Below are positions 17,468-26,248 of a stretch of DNA of 32,000 nucleotides, one piece after another (position 1 is the first letter of the stretch; every line of letters begins with the position of its first letter). The translations under genes and the position numbers were made by a program. Below the pieces are notes generated by a model that ran no database searches, was not told the DNA's origin, and saw only the letters and a list, made by a program, of their open reading frames with translations. Origin of the DNA: Methanothermus fervidus DSM 2088 (GTDB lineage Archaea; Methanobacteriota; Methanobacteria; DSM-2088; Methanothermaceae); contig CP002278.1 of assembly GCA_000166095.1 (NCBI GenBank), positions 990,001-1,022,000 on the forward strand, given 5' to 3'.

Positions 17468-19762
17468 CTATAGTGAAATTCGTCTTCTATCAAGTAACTC
17501 TTGTCTTTTACCTTTATTCCAACCTCCACTTGCTCTTTTTGCCCTACCAACCTGTTGTACATAACCTGTGATCCTATCATACCATTCAATCTCATCTTTT
17601 TCTCCACAGTTAATACATGAATCTTTTAATCCTCTCATCAAAGTCTTACATCTCAAACAGAAACTAAGTGCATTGCTATATGCCCAAAATCCTATCTCTG
17701 ATCGTTTACAAATTTTCTCTGTTAAACTCATCAAACCTTTTGGATTTGGCGCTGATTCACCTAGCCAAACATGGAAGATATGCCCGCCTTTTGTCAATGG
17801 ATGGAATTTCTGCTCTATTTTAAGTCTATCAATGATGTCAAGCTCAGAATCAACTGGTATATGACTTGAATTTGTGTAATAATATGCTCCTTCTGTGCCC
17901 TGAACTACAGCATCAAAACGTTCAATATCAAGCATTGCAAATCTATGTGCTGTAGATTCAGCAGGTGTCTGTAATACTGACCATCTCCAACCTGTTTCAT
18001 CCCTTAACTCCTGAGCTTTTTTGTTTATTTCTTCAATGATTTTAATTCCAAACCTCCTACTATATTTATCCTCTAATCCTTCTCCTGTATGTGCAATTAA
18101 CATTTCATTAAGTCCAACAAAACCAAAACTCATTGTTGCATTCTCAATTCTATAATACATCTCGCCATCGAATTTCTGTGATAGGAAAGGTAAAATATTG
18201 TATTGGTTCAAACATTTTAATGCATGCTCCCTTCGTATTTCAAGTACTTCTTTTGCCAATCTTAAATAATCATGTAAGTAGTCATATATTTCATCATCAT
18301 CTCTACTCCTGTAGGCGATTCTTGGCAAGTTTACAGTTACATAAGCTAAATTACCTGTCCTTAAACAATCAGCCTCCCAATTCCCTGTCCATTCTGTACC
18401 TAATCTAGTTCTACATCCCATTGCATTTACTAAAACATTATTATAGCTTGTTTCCATATTTAAGAAATAAGGAGTACCATATTTAGCTGATAACTCATGC
18501 ACCATCTCTAAAAGCTCAGGATCCCATGTTTCCTTTCTTAATACATAAATTGTATTTGGGAAGAGATGTGGTTTTCCATAAGCATCTCCTTCAAGTAAAA
18601 CTTCTGTGAAAGCTTTTGCTAAAAGTTTTGTCTCATCCTGATAATCCCCATAAACTCCTACTTTCTCACCACCAGGACCGTATGCTGTTTCATCCTGGAG
18701 GAATTCAGGGACTCCTAATTCTAAATTAATACTTGTGAATGGAACTTGACTTCCTCTAGCAGCGTAAGCCATATTAAGATTGAAAATAAACATTTGAACA
18801 GCTTGTTTAATGCGTTCATAGCTTAATCCCTCTACAAAAGGTGCAACAAATATATTCCATAGTGACATCGCCTGACCGCCAGACATATTTTGTTGTGCTG
18901 CTAGCATTATTTCTCCACAGTGATTCATCAATGTCTCTAGATGTTTAGGTTGTGCAGCAACACTTGTGTGATCTCCGGTTCCATCCACTTTGAGTCCAAA
19001 ACGAATAAAAAGCCTTAAATCATGTTGGAGACAATTTAGAGGTCTAGCAGGGAAAAATTCAAGGTCATGAATATGTATATCTCCACTCATGTGTGCATCT
19101 GCAAGATGAGAAGGAAGCAATCGTAATAATGCATATTGTTTGAATGCTTCATCAGCCACATACTTATGTATTGTTTCTGAGTTATGAACTATGTTTGCAT
19201 TATCTCTTGAACCTTCTTCTATCAATTTTTCAATATTATATACAGGAATTCCTAATCTTGTATGTCTCTTCCTCAAATCTTCAAGACCATACTCAACTAA
19301 TTTTACATTTACAAATTCTCTTATCATTGGGGAAGTTACATGGTCAATCCTAAGTTTTTTTAGTTCTTTCCAAATTTCAGATGCTATTTTTTTAGCTATA
19401 TGTTTTGGAGCTCCTGTTTCAACAATTAATGCTCGTTCTATTTTTTTCTTATCAAATTTTTCTATTTTATCTCTACTTGTTCTTACCTTTAATTCATTTG
19501 CAGCCAAATACTCATCTGCAGCCTTTTCATCAATTTTTTGTAATTCATTATATACCAACATTTTTATTTCACTTGTTGTCATTCCATCATATGCATTTGA
19601 AGCTACCTTTGATGCAATTTTTTTTGCCATTGACAATGAAACACCAATGTTTAACAATGATCTAATTATTTTTCCAGGTCTAAACTTTTCTTTAATCCCA
19701 CTGCTCTTTTTTATAGTAATGCCTGCTTTCGATGGAACATACATCTTTACATCTTTTTGCAA
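17468..19762 (-). CDS. nrdD: Anaerobic (class III) ribonucleoside-triphosphate reductase, ATP-cone + catalytic domain
   Basis: N-terminal ATP-cone; C-terminal zinc site CLRCKTLMRGLKDSCINCG and glycyl radical region RITGYVQQVGRAKRASGGWNKGKRQELLDRR. Start placed at TTG 19762 after SD GTGGTGATCC; the track gives 19786. Confidence 0.92.
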   Translation of the reverse strand: MQKDVKMYVPSKAGITIKKSSGIKEKFRPGKIIRSLLNIGVSLSMAKKIASKVASNAYDGMTTSEIKMLVYNELQKIDEKAADEYLAANELKVRTSRDKIEKFDKKKIERALIVETGAPKHIAKKIASEIWKELKKLRIDHVTSPMIREFVNVKLVEYGLEDLRKRHTRLGIPVYNIEKLIEEGSRDNANIVHNSETIHKYVADEAFKQYALLRLLPSHLADAHMSGDIHIHDLEFFPARPLNCLQHDLRLFIRFGLKVDGTGDHTSVAAQPKHLETLMNHCGEIMLAAQQNMSGGQAMSLWNIFVAPFVEGLSYERIKQAVQMFIFNLNMAYAARGSQVPFTSINLELGVPEFLQDETAYGPGGEKVGVYGDYQDETKLLAKAFTEVLLEGDAYGKPHLFPNTIYVLRKETWDPELLEMVHELSAKYGTPYFLNMETSYNNVLVNAMGCRTRLGTEWTGNWEADCLRTGNLAYVTVNLPRIAYRSRDDDEIYDYLHDYLRLAKEVLEIRREHALKCLNQYNILPFLSQKFDGEMYYRIENATMSFGFVGLNEMLIAHTGEGLEDKYSRRFGIKIIEEINKKAQELRDETGWRWSVLQTPAESTAHRFAMLDIERFDAVVQGTEGAYYYTNSSHIPVDSELDIIDRLKIEQKFHPLTKGGHIFHVWLGESAPNPKGLMSLTEKICKRSEIGFWAYSNALSFCLRCKTLMRGLKDSCINCGEKDEIEWYDRITGYVQQVGRAKRASGGWNKGKRQELLDRRRISL

Positions 19763-20060
19763 TTGGATCACCACTAATAATTTCAATTGAAAAATTATTA
19801 CTTAAAAACTTTGCATAACATGTTCCATTTCTAAAAACTTAAAAAACAAAAATGGAAACTTGCAAGTAATCATCTATATCAAATCTTATATAAAATTTTC
19901 CAATTGAAAAGCACAGGAAAAGGTTATAAAATGAAAAAAAGAAATATGGTGTTAAAAAAGTTGAAAATAATATATCTTTAATTTAAAAAACTAAAAAGAA
20001 GATGTTCAACAAAATTTAAAGTCTAAAAATAACATGTTCAAAAATTATTTTTAGGAATTT

Positions 20061-20765
20061 TTAGCTCCAAGAAAGTAATTTATCTGAAATAAATTCTGGA
20101 GGTACTGGATTTATATAAGCAAAAATTAAAATTAAAGTTAAAGAAAGGAATACAACCAATAAAATAAGTTTGTCCTCTCTATATGGGTATATTTTATAAA
20201 TCAGCATGCAAAATAGGAAAAACAAAACAATTATGGCTAAAGAATAATTTTTATTTGGATTTTCCACTTTTATTTTTTCTAAAGGTAATATCTTAACAAT
20301 CTTACATTCAACTATTAACCTTTTACTTGTTGAACCAAAAGGATAGCAAGTAACAAGTAACAATTTATTGCCTTGACGCAAAGGTATTTCATAGTCTGCA
20401 GGAACTACAAATGATTTATCAACTTTATATTCAATTTTTCCAACTTTTGGCCAATTAACATATACTACATCGCCTTTTTTCAATTTATCTAAATTCATAA
20501 ATGGAGATCCATAAAGCGTTCTATGTCCAAAGAGGACTGTAGTTCCAGACCCAGGAATGGACGATCTAGGATCATAGTATACACCATAAGATAGTGATTT
20601 GTTGTTAATTTCTTCTTTTAAGTTTATTGCAGGTATCTCTAAGGTGGCTGTGTATTTATTCTCTATAGTTATCTTTGAGGCATAATAACTTACCTCAATA
20701 AGTGCATAAAGAAAAATTATAAAAACTCCAACAATGATCATAACTGTAGATAATTTTACTTTCAC
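20061..20765 (-). CDS. Sortase family protein (class D/E-like) with flanking transmembrane helices
   Basis: TATLEIPAINLKEEINN...VLFGHRTLYGSPFMNLDKLKKGDVV...LLLVTCYPFGSTSKRLIVECK supplies the His/Cys/Arg catalytic residues. Start adjusted to GTG at 20765 (track start 20864 is too long). Confidence 0.85.
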   Translation of the reverse strand: MKVKLSTVMIIVGVFIIFLYALIEVSYYASKITIENKYTATLEIPAINLKEEINNKSLSYGVYYDPRSSIPGSGTTVLFGHRTLYGSPFMNLDKLKKGDVVYVNWPKVGKIEYKVDKSFVVPADYEIPLRQGNKLLLVTCYPFGSTSKRLIVECKIVKILPLEKIKVENPNKNYSLAIIVLFFLFCMLIYKIYPYREDKLILLVVFLSLTLILIFAYINPVPPEFISDKLLSWS

Positions 20766-20829
20766 ATTTCCGCCCCCAGTACACATTGATATCTCTCTAC
20801 TATCTAAAAAAATTAACGAGGTAAAAAAC

Positions 20830-21485
<656 letters not shown>

Positions 21486-21507
<22 letters not shown>

Positions 21508-22484
21508 TTTTTTCAATAAGTTTTTTATTAATATTATCGCTGATCTTGTGGATCGGACCATATAAACTTTATAAAACAGTGATTAAGGCAAATTGGAATT
21601 TATTAGTATTAGCAATGTTTACACACATCTTTGCAATTATCATTAGGTCTGTGAGATGGGGAATATTAACACAAAAAAATGATCTGAAAAAAAATTTTAT
21701 TGTGAAAACTATAGGTTTATTTGCAGGTAATATAACACCTTCAAGGGCTGGCGGTGAACCAATAACAGCCCTGGCAGGCAAAAGAATCAATAAAATATCT
21801 TTTTCATTAGGAATGTCCGCAGGATTAGTTGAAAGATTTTTTGATCTTGGTGTAGTTGGTATTATTTTGATTATAGTTGGGTTTTCAATGCCTAAACTAC
21901 GATTTATAGCTATTATTGGTGGTTTATTATCAATTTTAATCACTGCCCTCATCTATGTCTTTGCTTGGAATGCAAAAATAGGAACAATGTTGTATGTTAA
22001 ATTCCACAATATTTTAAAATTTTTACCATTAGATGAAGAAATATTGGATAATCTATATGTTAAAGCTATAAATACAATTGAAAAAATAGTTACAGAAACA
22101 AGAAAAATTTCTGTTTTTAGATTATTTTTAGTTTCATTGTTATCAATTTTGTCCTGGCTAACAGAATGTTTTAGATTGTATCTAGTGATACTTGCATTCA
22201 ACAAGTATATTGCCTTCCCACTTGTTGTCGTATTATTTTTAATTGTAAATGTAGTTGGCATTGTTTCTGCATTACCTGGCGGTATGGGCTCTATCGAAGT
22301 CTCATCTACAGGTTTATTGGTTTTATTTAAAATTCCAAGTTCTATAGCAGGTAGTATTGCATTTATGGACAGAGTTGTATCATTTTGGTTAGTAACAATA
22401 CTTGGATTGGCATTTTCAATATATTATGCACCAGATATACTAGATGAAACTAAGAAATATATTGAAACATTGAAAACTGAGTGA
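21486..22484 (+). CDS. UPF0104/AglD-like lysylphosphatidylglycerol synthase TM-domain membrane protein
   Basis: RSVRWGILTQKNDLKKNFIVKTIGLFAGNITPSRAGGEPITALAGKRI; polytopic, located in a glycosyltransferase operon. Confidence 0.78.
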
Positions 22485-23368
22485 TTTTCATGGATGATGT
22501 GGCAATAATAATTCTGAATTGGAATGGATGGAAGGATACAATTGAATGTTTAAAATCTCTTAACAATTTAAATTATAAAAATTATGAAGTTATAGTGGTT
22601 GATAATGGATCCACAGACAATTCTGTTGAAAAAATCAAGGAATACATAGAAAATAAACCTAAATTTAAGTTAATAGCAAATGAAAAAAATCTTGGTTTTG
22701 CTGGTGGAAACAACATAGGAATTAGATATGCACTAAATAATGAATTTGAATATATTTTGCTTCTTAACAATGATACTGTAGTTGATGAAAATTTCTTAAA
22801 GCCTATGGTAGAATTATTGGAATCAAGTGATGATATAGGATTTGTTGGACCAAAAACTTATTTTTATGATAAAAAAAATGTAATTCAGGTTGCTGGCGGT
22901 GGATATGTAGATTTAACAACTGCCAGAGCTTATCTGTTAGGTTATATGGAAAATGATTCTAGTAAATACAATGAAGTAATTGAATTAGATTATGTAAGTG
23001 GTTCATGTATTTTAACTAAAAGGGATGTAATTGAGGAAATAGGATTGTTAGATGAAAGGTTTTTTATGTATTATGAAGATGTTGAATGGTGTTACAGAGG
23101 AAAAAAACATGGTTATAAGTCATTTTATCAGCCAGAGGCTGTGATATGGCATAAACATGGTGCATCCACAAATAAATGTTTTGAGTTGTATCATTTAAAC
23201 AAAAGTAGAATTTTGTTTATTAAAAAAACTGGAATGAAAAACTTCATTAAATTTGTTTTTAAATTTTTTTCAAATGTTTTTTGGCTGGAAAGTTACTATT
23301 ATATAAGAAAATATCCTCAAGCATATAAATGTTATTTAAAGGGATTGTTGGAGGGTTTTAAAGGATGA
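22481..23368 (+). CDS. Glycosyltransferase family 2 (rhamnosyltransferase-like)
   Basis: VAIIILNWNGWKDTIECLKSL...VIVVDNGSTDNSVEKIK...NLGFAGGNNIGIR...LLLNNDTVV...FFMYYEDVEWCYRGKKHGYK. Confidence 0.92.
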   Translation: MIFMDDVAIIILNWNGWKDTIECLKSLNNLNYKNYEVIVVDNGSTDNSVEKIKEYIENKPKFKLIANEKNLGFAGGNNIGIRYALNNEFEYILLLNNDTVVDENFLKPMVELLESSDDIGFVGPKTYFYDKKNVIQVAGGGYVDLTTARAYLLGYMENDSSKYNEVIELDYVSGSCILTKRDVIEEIGLLDERFFMYYEDVEWCYRGKKHGYKSFYQPEAVIWHKHGASTNKCFELYHLNKSRILFIKKTGMKNFIKFVFKFFSNVFWLESYYYIRKYPQAYKCYLKGLLEGFKG

Positions 23369-24438
23369 AAATAAATTTTACAGTGAAATTAACAGCGATG
23401 ACAGGGGGTATAAGATTTGTATTTGAAATTGCAAATAGATTGGTCGAGAAGGGACACGATGTAACCATAACAGCATTAGGAGGAGATCACAGATGGTTTC
23501 CATTGAAAGCAGAAGTAAATTATGTATCTTTACCAAAATTCTTTAAATTTTTTGATTATGTGAAAAGACTTATTTTTAGAAGAAAGCTGTATTATTATGA
23601 ATTAAATACTCTCGCTAGAAAAATAGGTCTTAACATTGATATGATTAAAGTTTTGGCAAAATATACACCTGATTGTGATGTTAACATTGCAACAAGATTT
23701 TTAACAGCGTTTGCTGTATATAGAAGCAACAAAGGGATTCCTGTTTATCTCTGCCAAGATTTTGAGGAATCTGTTGCTGAAAAAGGCGACTACTACCTTA
23801 AAATGTTTTATGAATCTTTGAATCTTCCTATGCATTTTATAACCATATCTGAATGGATGAAAGAATGGTTGAGTGAGTATTCAAACAATGTTTTTTTAGT
23901 TAGGAATGGAATAAATCATGACATTTTTTATCCAAGAAATGTTGAAAAAGATGGAAAATATGTGATGGGTATATATAGGGATTTAGAATATAAAGGTGGA
24001 AAAGAACTTATAGAAGCATTGAAGATAATTAAAAGAAATAAAAATGATGTTAAAACAATAGTTTTAGGTAAAGACTTTGGAGATATTAGTTATAATAGAG
24101 TTAGTGATAAGAAATTATCAGAATTATATAATTTAGCTGATGTATTTATCTATACCTCAAAAGTAGAAGGTTTTGGATTACCTCCATTAGAAGCCATGGC
24201 TTGTGGAACAGCTGTTGTAACAACAGATTGTAAAGGTGTTAGAGAATATATAGAAGATGGAAAAAATGGATTCATAGTTCCAAGAAATCCTAAAAAAATT
24301 GCGGAAAAAAGCATTGAATTATTAGAGGATGAAAAGTTAAGAAGAAAAATTGCAAGAATGGGAATTAAAACAGCAAAAAAATATAATTGGGATAGAAGTG
24401 CTGATGAATTTGAAAAAATATTATACAAGATAGTATGA
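23365..24438 (+). CDS. Glycosyltransferase family 4
   Basis: GGIRFVFEIANRLVEKGHDVTI...FIYTSKVEGFGLPPLEAMACGTAVVTTDCKGVREY. 4-nt overlap with upstream gene. Confidence 0.9.
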   Translation: MKINFTVKLTAMTGGIRFVFEIANRLVEKGHDVTITALGGDHRWFPLKAEVNYVSLPKFFKFFDYVKRLIFRRKLYYYELNTLARKIGLNIDMIKVLAKYTPDCDVNIATRFLTAFAVYRSNKGIPVYLCQDFEESVAEKGDYYLKMFYESLNLPMHFITISEWMKEWLSEYSNNVFLVRNGINHDIFYPRNVEKDGKYVMGIYRDLEYKGGKELIEALKIIKRNKNDVKTIVLGKDFGDISYNRVSDKKLSELYNLADVFIYTSKVEGFGLPPLEAMACGTAVVTTDCKGVREYIEDGKNGFIVPRNPKKIAEKSIELLEDEKLRRKIARMGIKTAKKYNWDRSADEFEKILYKIV

Positions 24439-25196
24439 TATCGGTGATATGCGTATACAACAATGAAAAAATTTTAAATGATTATTTGTTAAGGTCCTTA
24501 GAAAAACAAGTTGACCATGAAAGAATACTAGTGGATAATAGATTCAATAAATTTAAATCTGCTGCTGAAGCCTTGAATTATGCTGGAAAGAAAGCAAAAG
24601 GAGATTATTTATTATTTTGTCATCAAGATGTTGAACTTCTAACAAAAGATTGGCTTAAAAAGGCTGAAGAAATTCTTGAGGATCTTGATAATTTAGGTGT
24701 TGCTGGAGTTGCTGGTGTAACTAAAGAAGGTGTAAAGAAAAATGTTATAATTCATGAATTTCCACCAAAAAGGTGGGGTACTCCAATAAATAAACCTGTT
24801 GAAGTAGAAACTGTTGATGAATGTTTATTTATAGTTCCAAGAGAAGTTTTTAAAAAATATAAATTTGATGAAAAAACTTGTCAAGGATGGCATCTTTATT
24901 GTGTTGATTATTGTTTAGATTTAAAAAAGAGAGGATTTAAAATATATACTCTTCCATTGAAAATATATCATCTCTCTAAACATTCTGAAGAAATGAATGC
25001 ATTGAAAACCATTTTAAATCTCGGATATCATCCTAGTGATTATTATGAAGAACTTAAGAAAATTTTAGAGAAACATAAAGATCTCAAGGAGATACATACT
25101 ACATGCGGTACCTGGAGAACAGATGAACCATTGCTATTACAAAGATTAAAACTTCTATTTTCATTGGCATTAAGAAAAATTCAAGGAAAATCATAA
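24435..25196 (+). CDS. Glycosyltransferase family 2 (GT-A fold)
   Basis: MISVICVYNNEKILNDYLLRSL...ALNYAGKKAKGDYLLFCHQDVELL; 4-nt overlap with upstream gene. Confidence 0.8.
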   Translation: MISVICVYNNEKILNDYLLRSLEKQVDHERILVDNRFNKFKSAAEALNYAGKKAKGDYLLFCHQDVELLTKDWLKKAEEILEDLDNLGVAGVAGVTKEGVKKNVIIHEFPPKRWGTPINKPVEVETVDECLFIVPREVFKKYKFDEKTCQGWHLYCVDYCLDLKKRGFKIYTLPLKIYHLSKHSEEMNALKTILNLGYHPSDYYEELKKILEKHKDLKEIHTTCGTWRTDEPLLLQRLKLLFSLALRKIQGKS

Positions 25197-25210
25197 GGGA
25201 AGTTGTTTAC

Positions 25211-26239
25211 ATGAAAGTATGTTATTTTGGTTCATATCCAGAATATTATCCAAGGCATAGAATTATAAAGAAAGGATTGGAAAAACATGGAGTTGAAGTT
25301 TGTGAAGTTGTTGATAGATCACATATATTGTTAAGGTATCCAAAACTTGCATTAAAATATTTTAAGGAGAAAAATTTTGATGTTATTCTTGTTGGTGAGG
25401 CAAGTAATTTTGTTCAGCCATTGGCATTACTTTTAAAAAAAATAACAAATAAGCCATTGATATTTGATACATATGTTTCTGTATATGATACAAATAAAGA
25501 TAGAGGTATTTACAAGAACATCAACAAAATATTCTATTTTTTAGATAAAATAAATTGCCAATTCTCAGACATTGTTTTACAAGATACAAAACAAAATTTA
25601 CAATATTTTCATGAAACATTTTCTATTCCAAAGGAAAAATTTAGGGTTGTATATATTGGTGCTGAGGAAGATGTTTTCTATCCAAGAGATTGTTGTGAAG
25701 ATAGATTTAATGTTTTATTTTATGGAACTTATATACCACTTCATGGTGTTGAATATATTGTTAAAGCAGCTAAATTACTTCCAAATGTTAAATTTACACT
25801 TATTGGAAGAGGTCAGACATATCCAAAGGTTAGAAGATTAAGTAAAAATTTAAATAATGTAATATTTAAAGATAAGGTTCCCTATTTTCAACTTCCTAAA
25901 TATATTGAGAGGGCTAGTGTTTGTTTAGGTATATTTGGAGGAACTGACAAGGCCATGCGGGTTATACCAACTAAAATTTACCAGTCAATAGCAATGAGAA
26001 AACCTGTTATAACTGGTGACTCACCAGCTATTAAAGAACTTTTTGAGGATAAAAAGAATATTTTATTGTGTAAAATGGCTGATGAAAATAGTTTGGCAGA
26101 AGCAATTGAATTACTTAAAGAGGATGAAAAATTACGTAATAAACTTTCAAAAAATTCATACAAATTATTTAAAAAGAATTTAACTTCTTACCATATTGGT
26201 AAAAAAATAAAAAAAATAATAAAGGAAGTAAGGTTTTAA
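25211..26239 (+). CDS. Glycosyltransferase family 4
   Basis: MKVCYFGSYPEYYPRHRIIKKGLEKHG...VLFYGTYIPLHGVEYIVKAAKLL...TKIYQSIAMRKPVITGDSPAIKELF. Confidence 0.85.
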   Translation: MKVCYFGSYPEYYPRHRIIKKGLEKHGVEVCEVVDRSHILLRYPKLALKYFKEKNFDVILVGEASNFVQPLALLLKKITNKPLIFDTYVSVYDTNKDRGIYKNINKIFYFLDKINCQFSDIVLQDTKQNLQYFHETFSIPKEKFRVVYIGAEEDVFYPRDCCEDRFNVLFYGTYIPLHGVEYIVKAAKLLPNVKFTLIGRGQTYPKVRRLSKNLNNVIFKDKVPYFQLPKYIERASVCLGIFGGTDKAMRVIPTKIYQSIAMRKPVITGDSPAIKELFEDKKNILLCKMADENSLAEAIELLKEDEKLRNKLSKNSYKLFKKNLTSYHIGKKIKKIIKEVRF

Positions 26240-26248
26240 TTTTTTTAT

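Noticed and set aside
18133-19665. Plus-strand ORFs across nrdD (18133-18408, 19144-19353, 19191-19790, 19405-19665)
   Set aside because: Antisense to strongly conserved nrdD coding sequence; translations are Leu/Phe/Ser-rich mirror artefacts.
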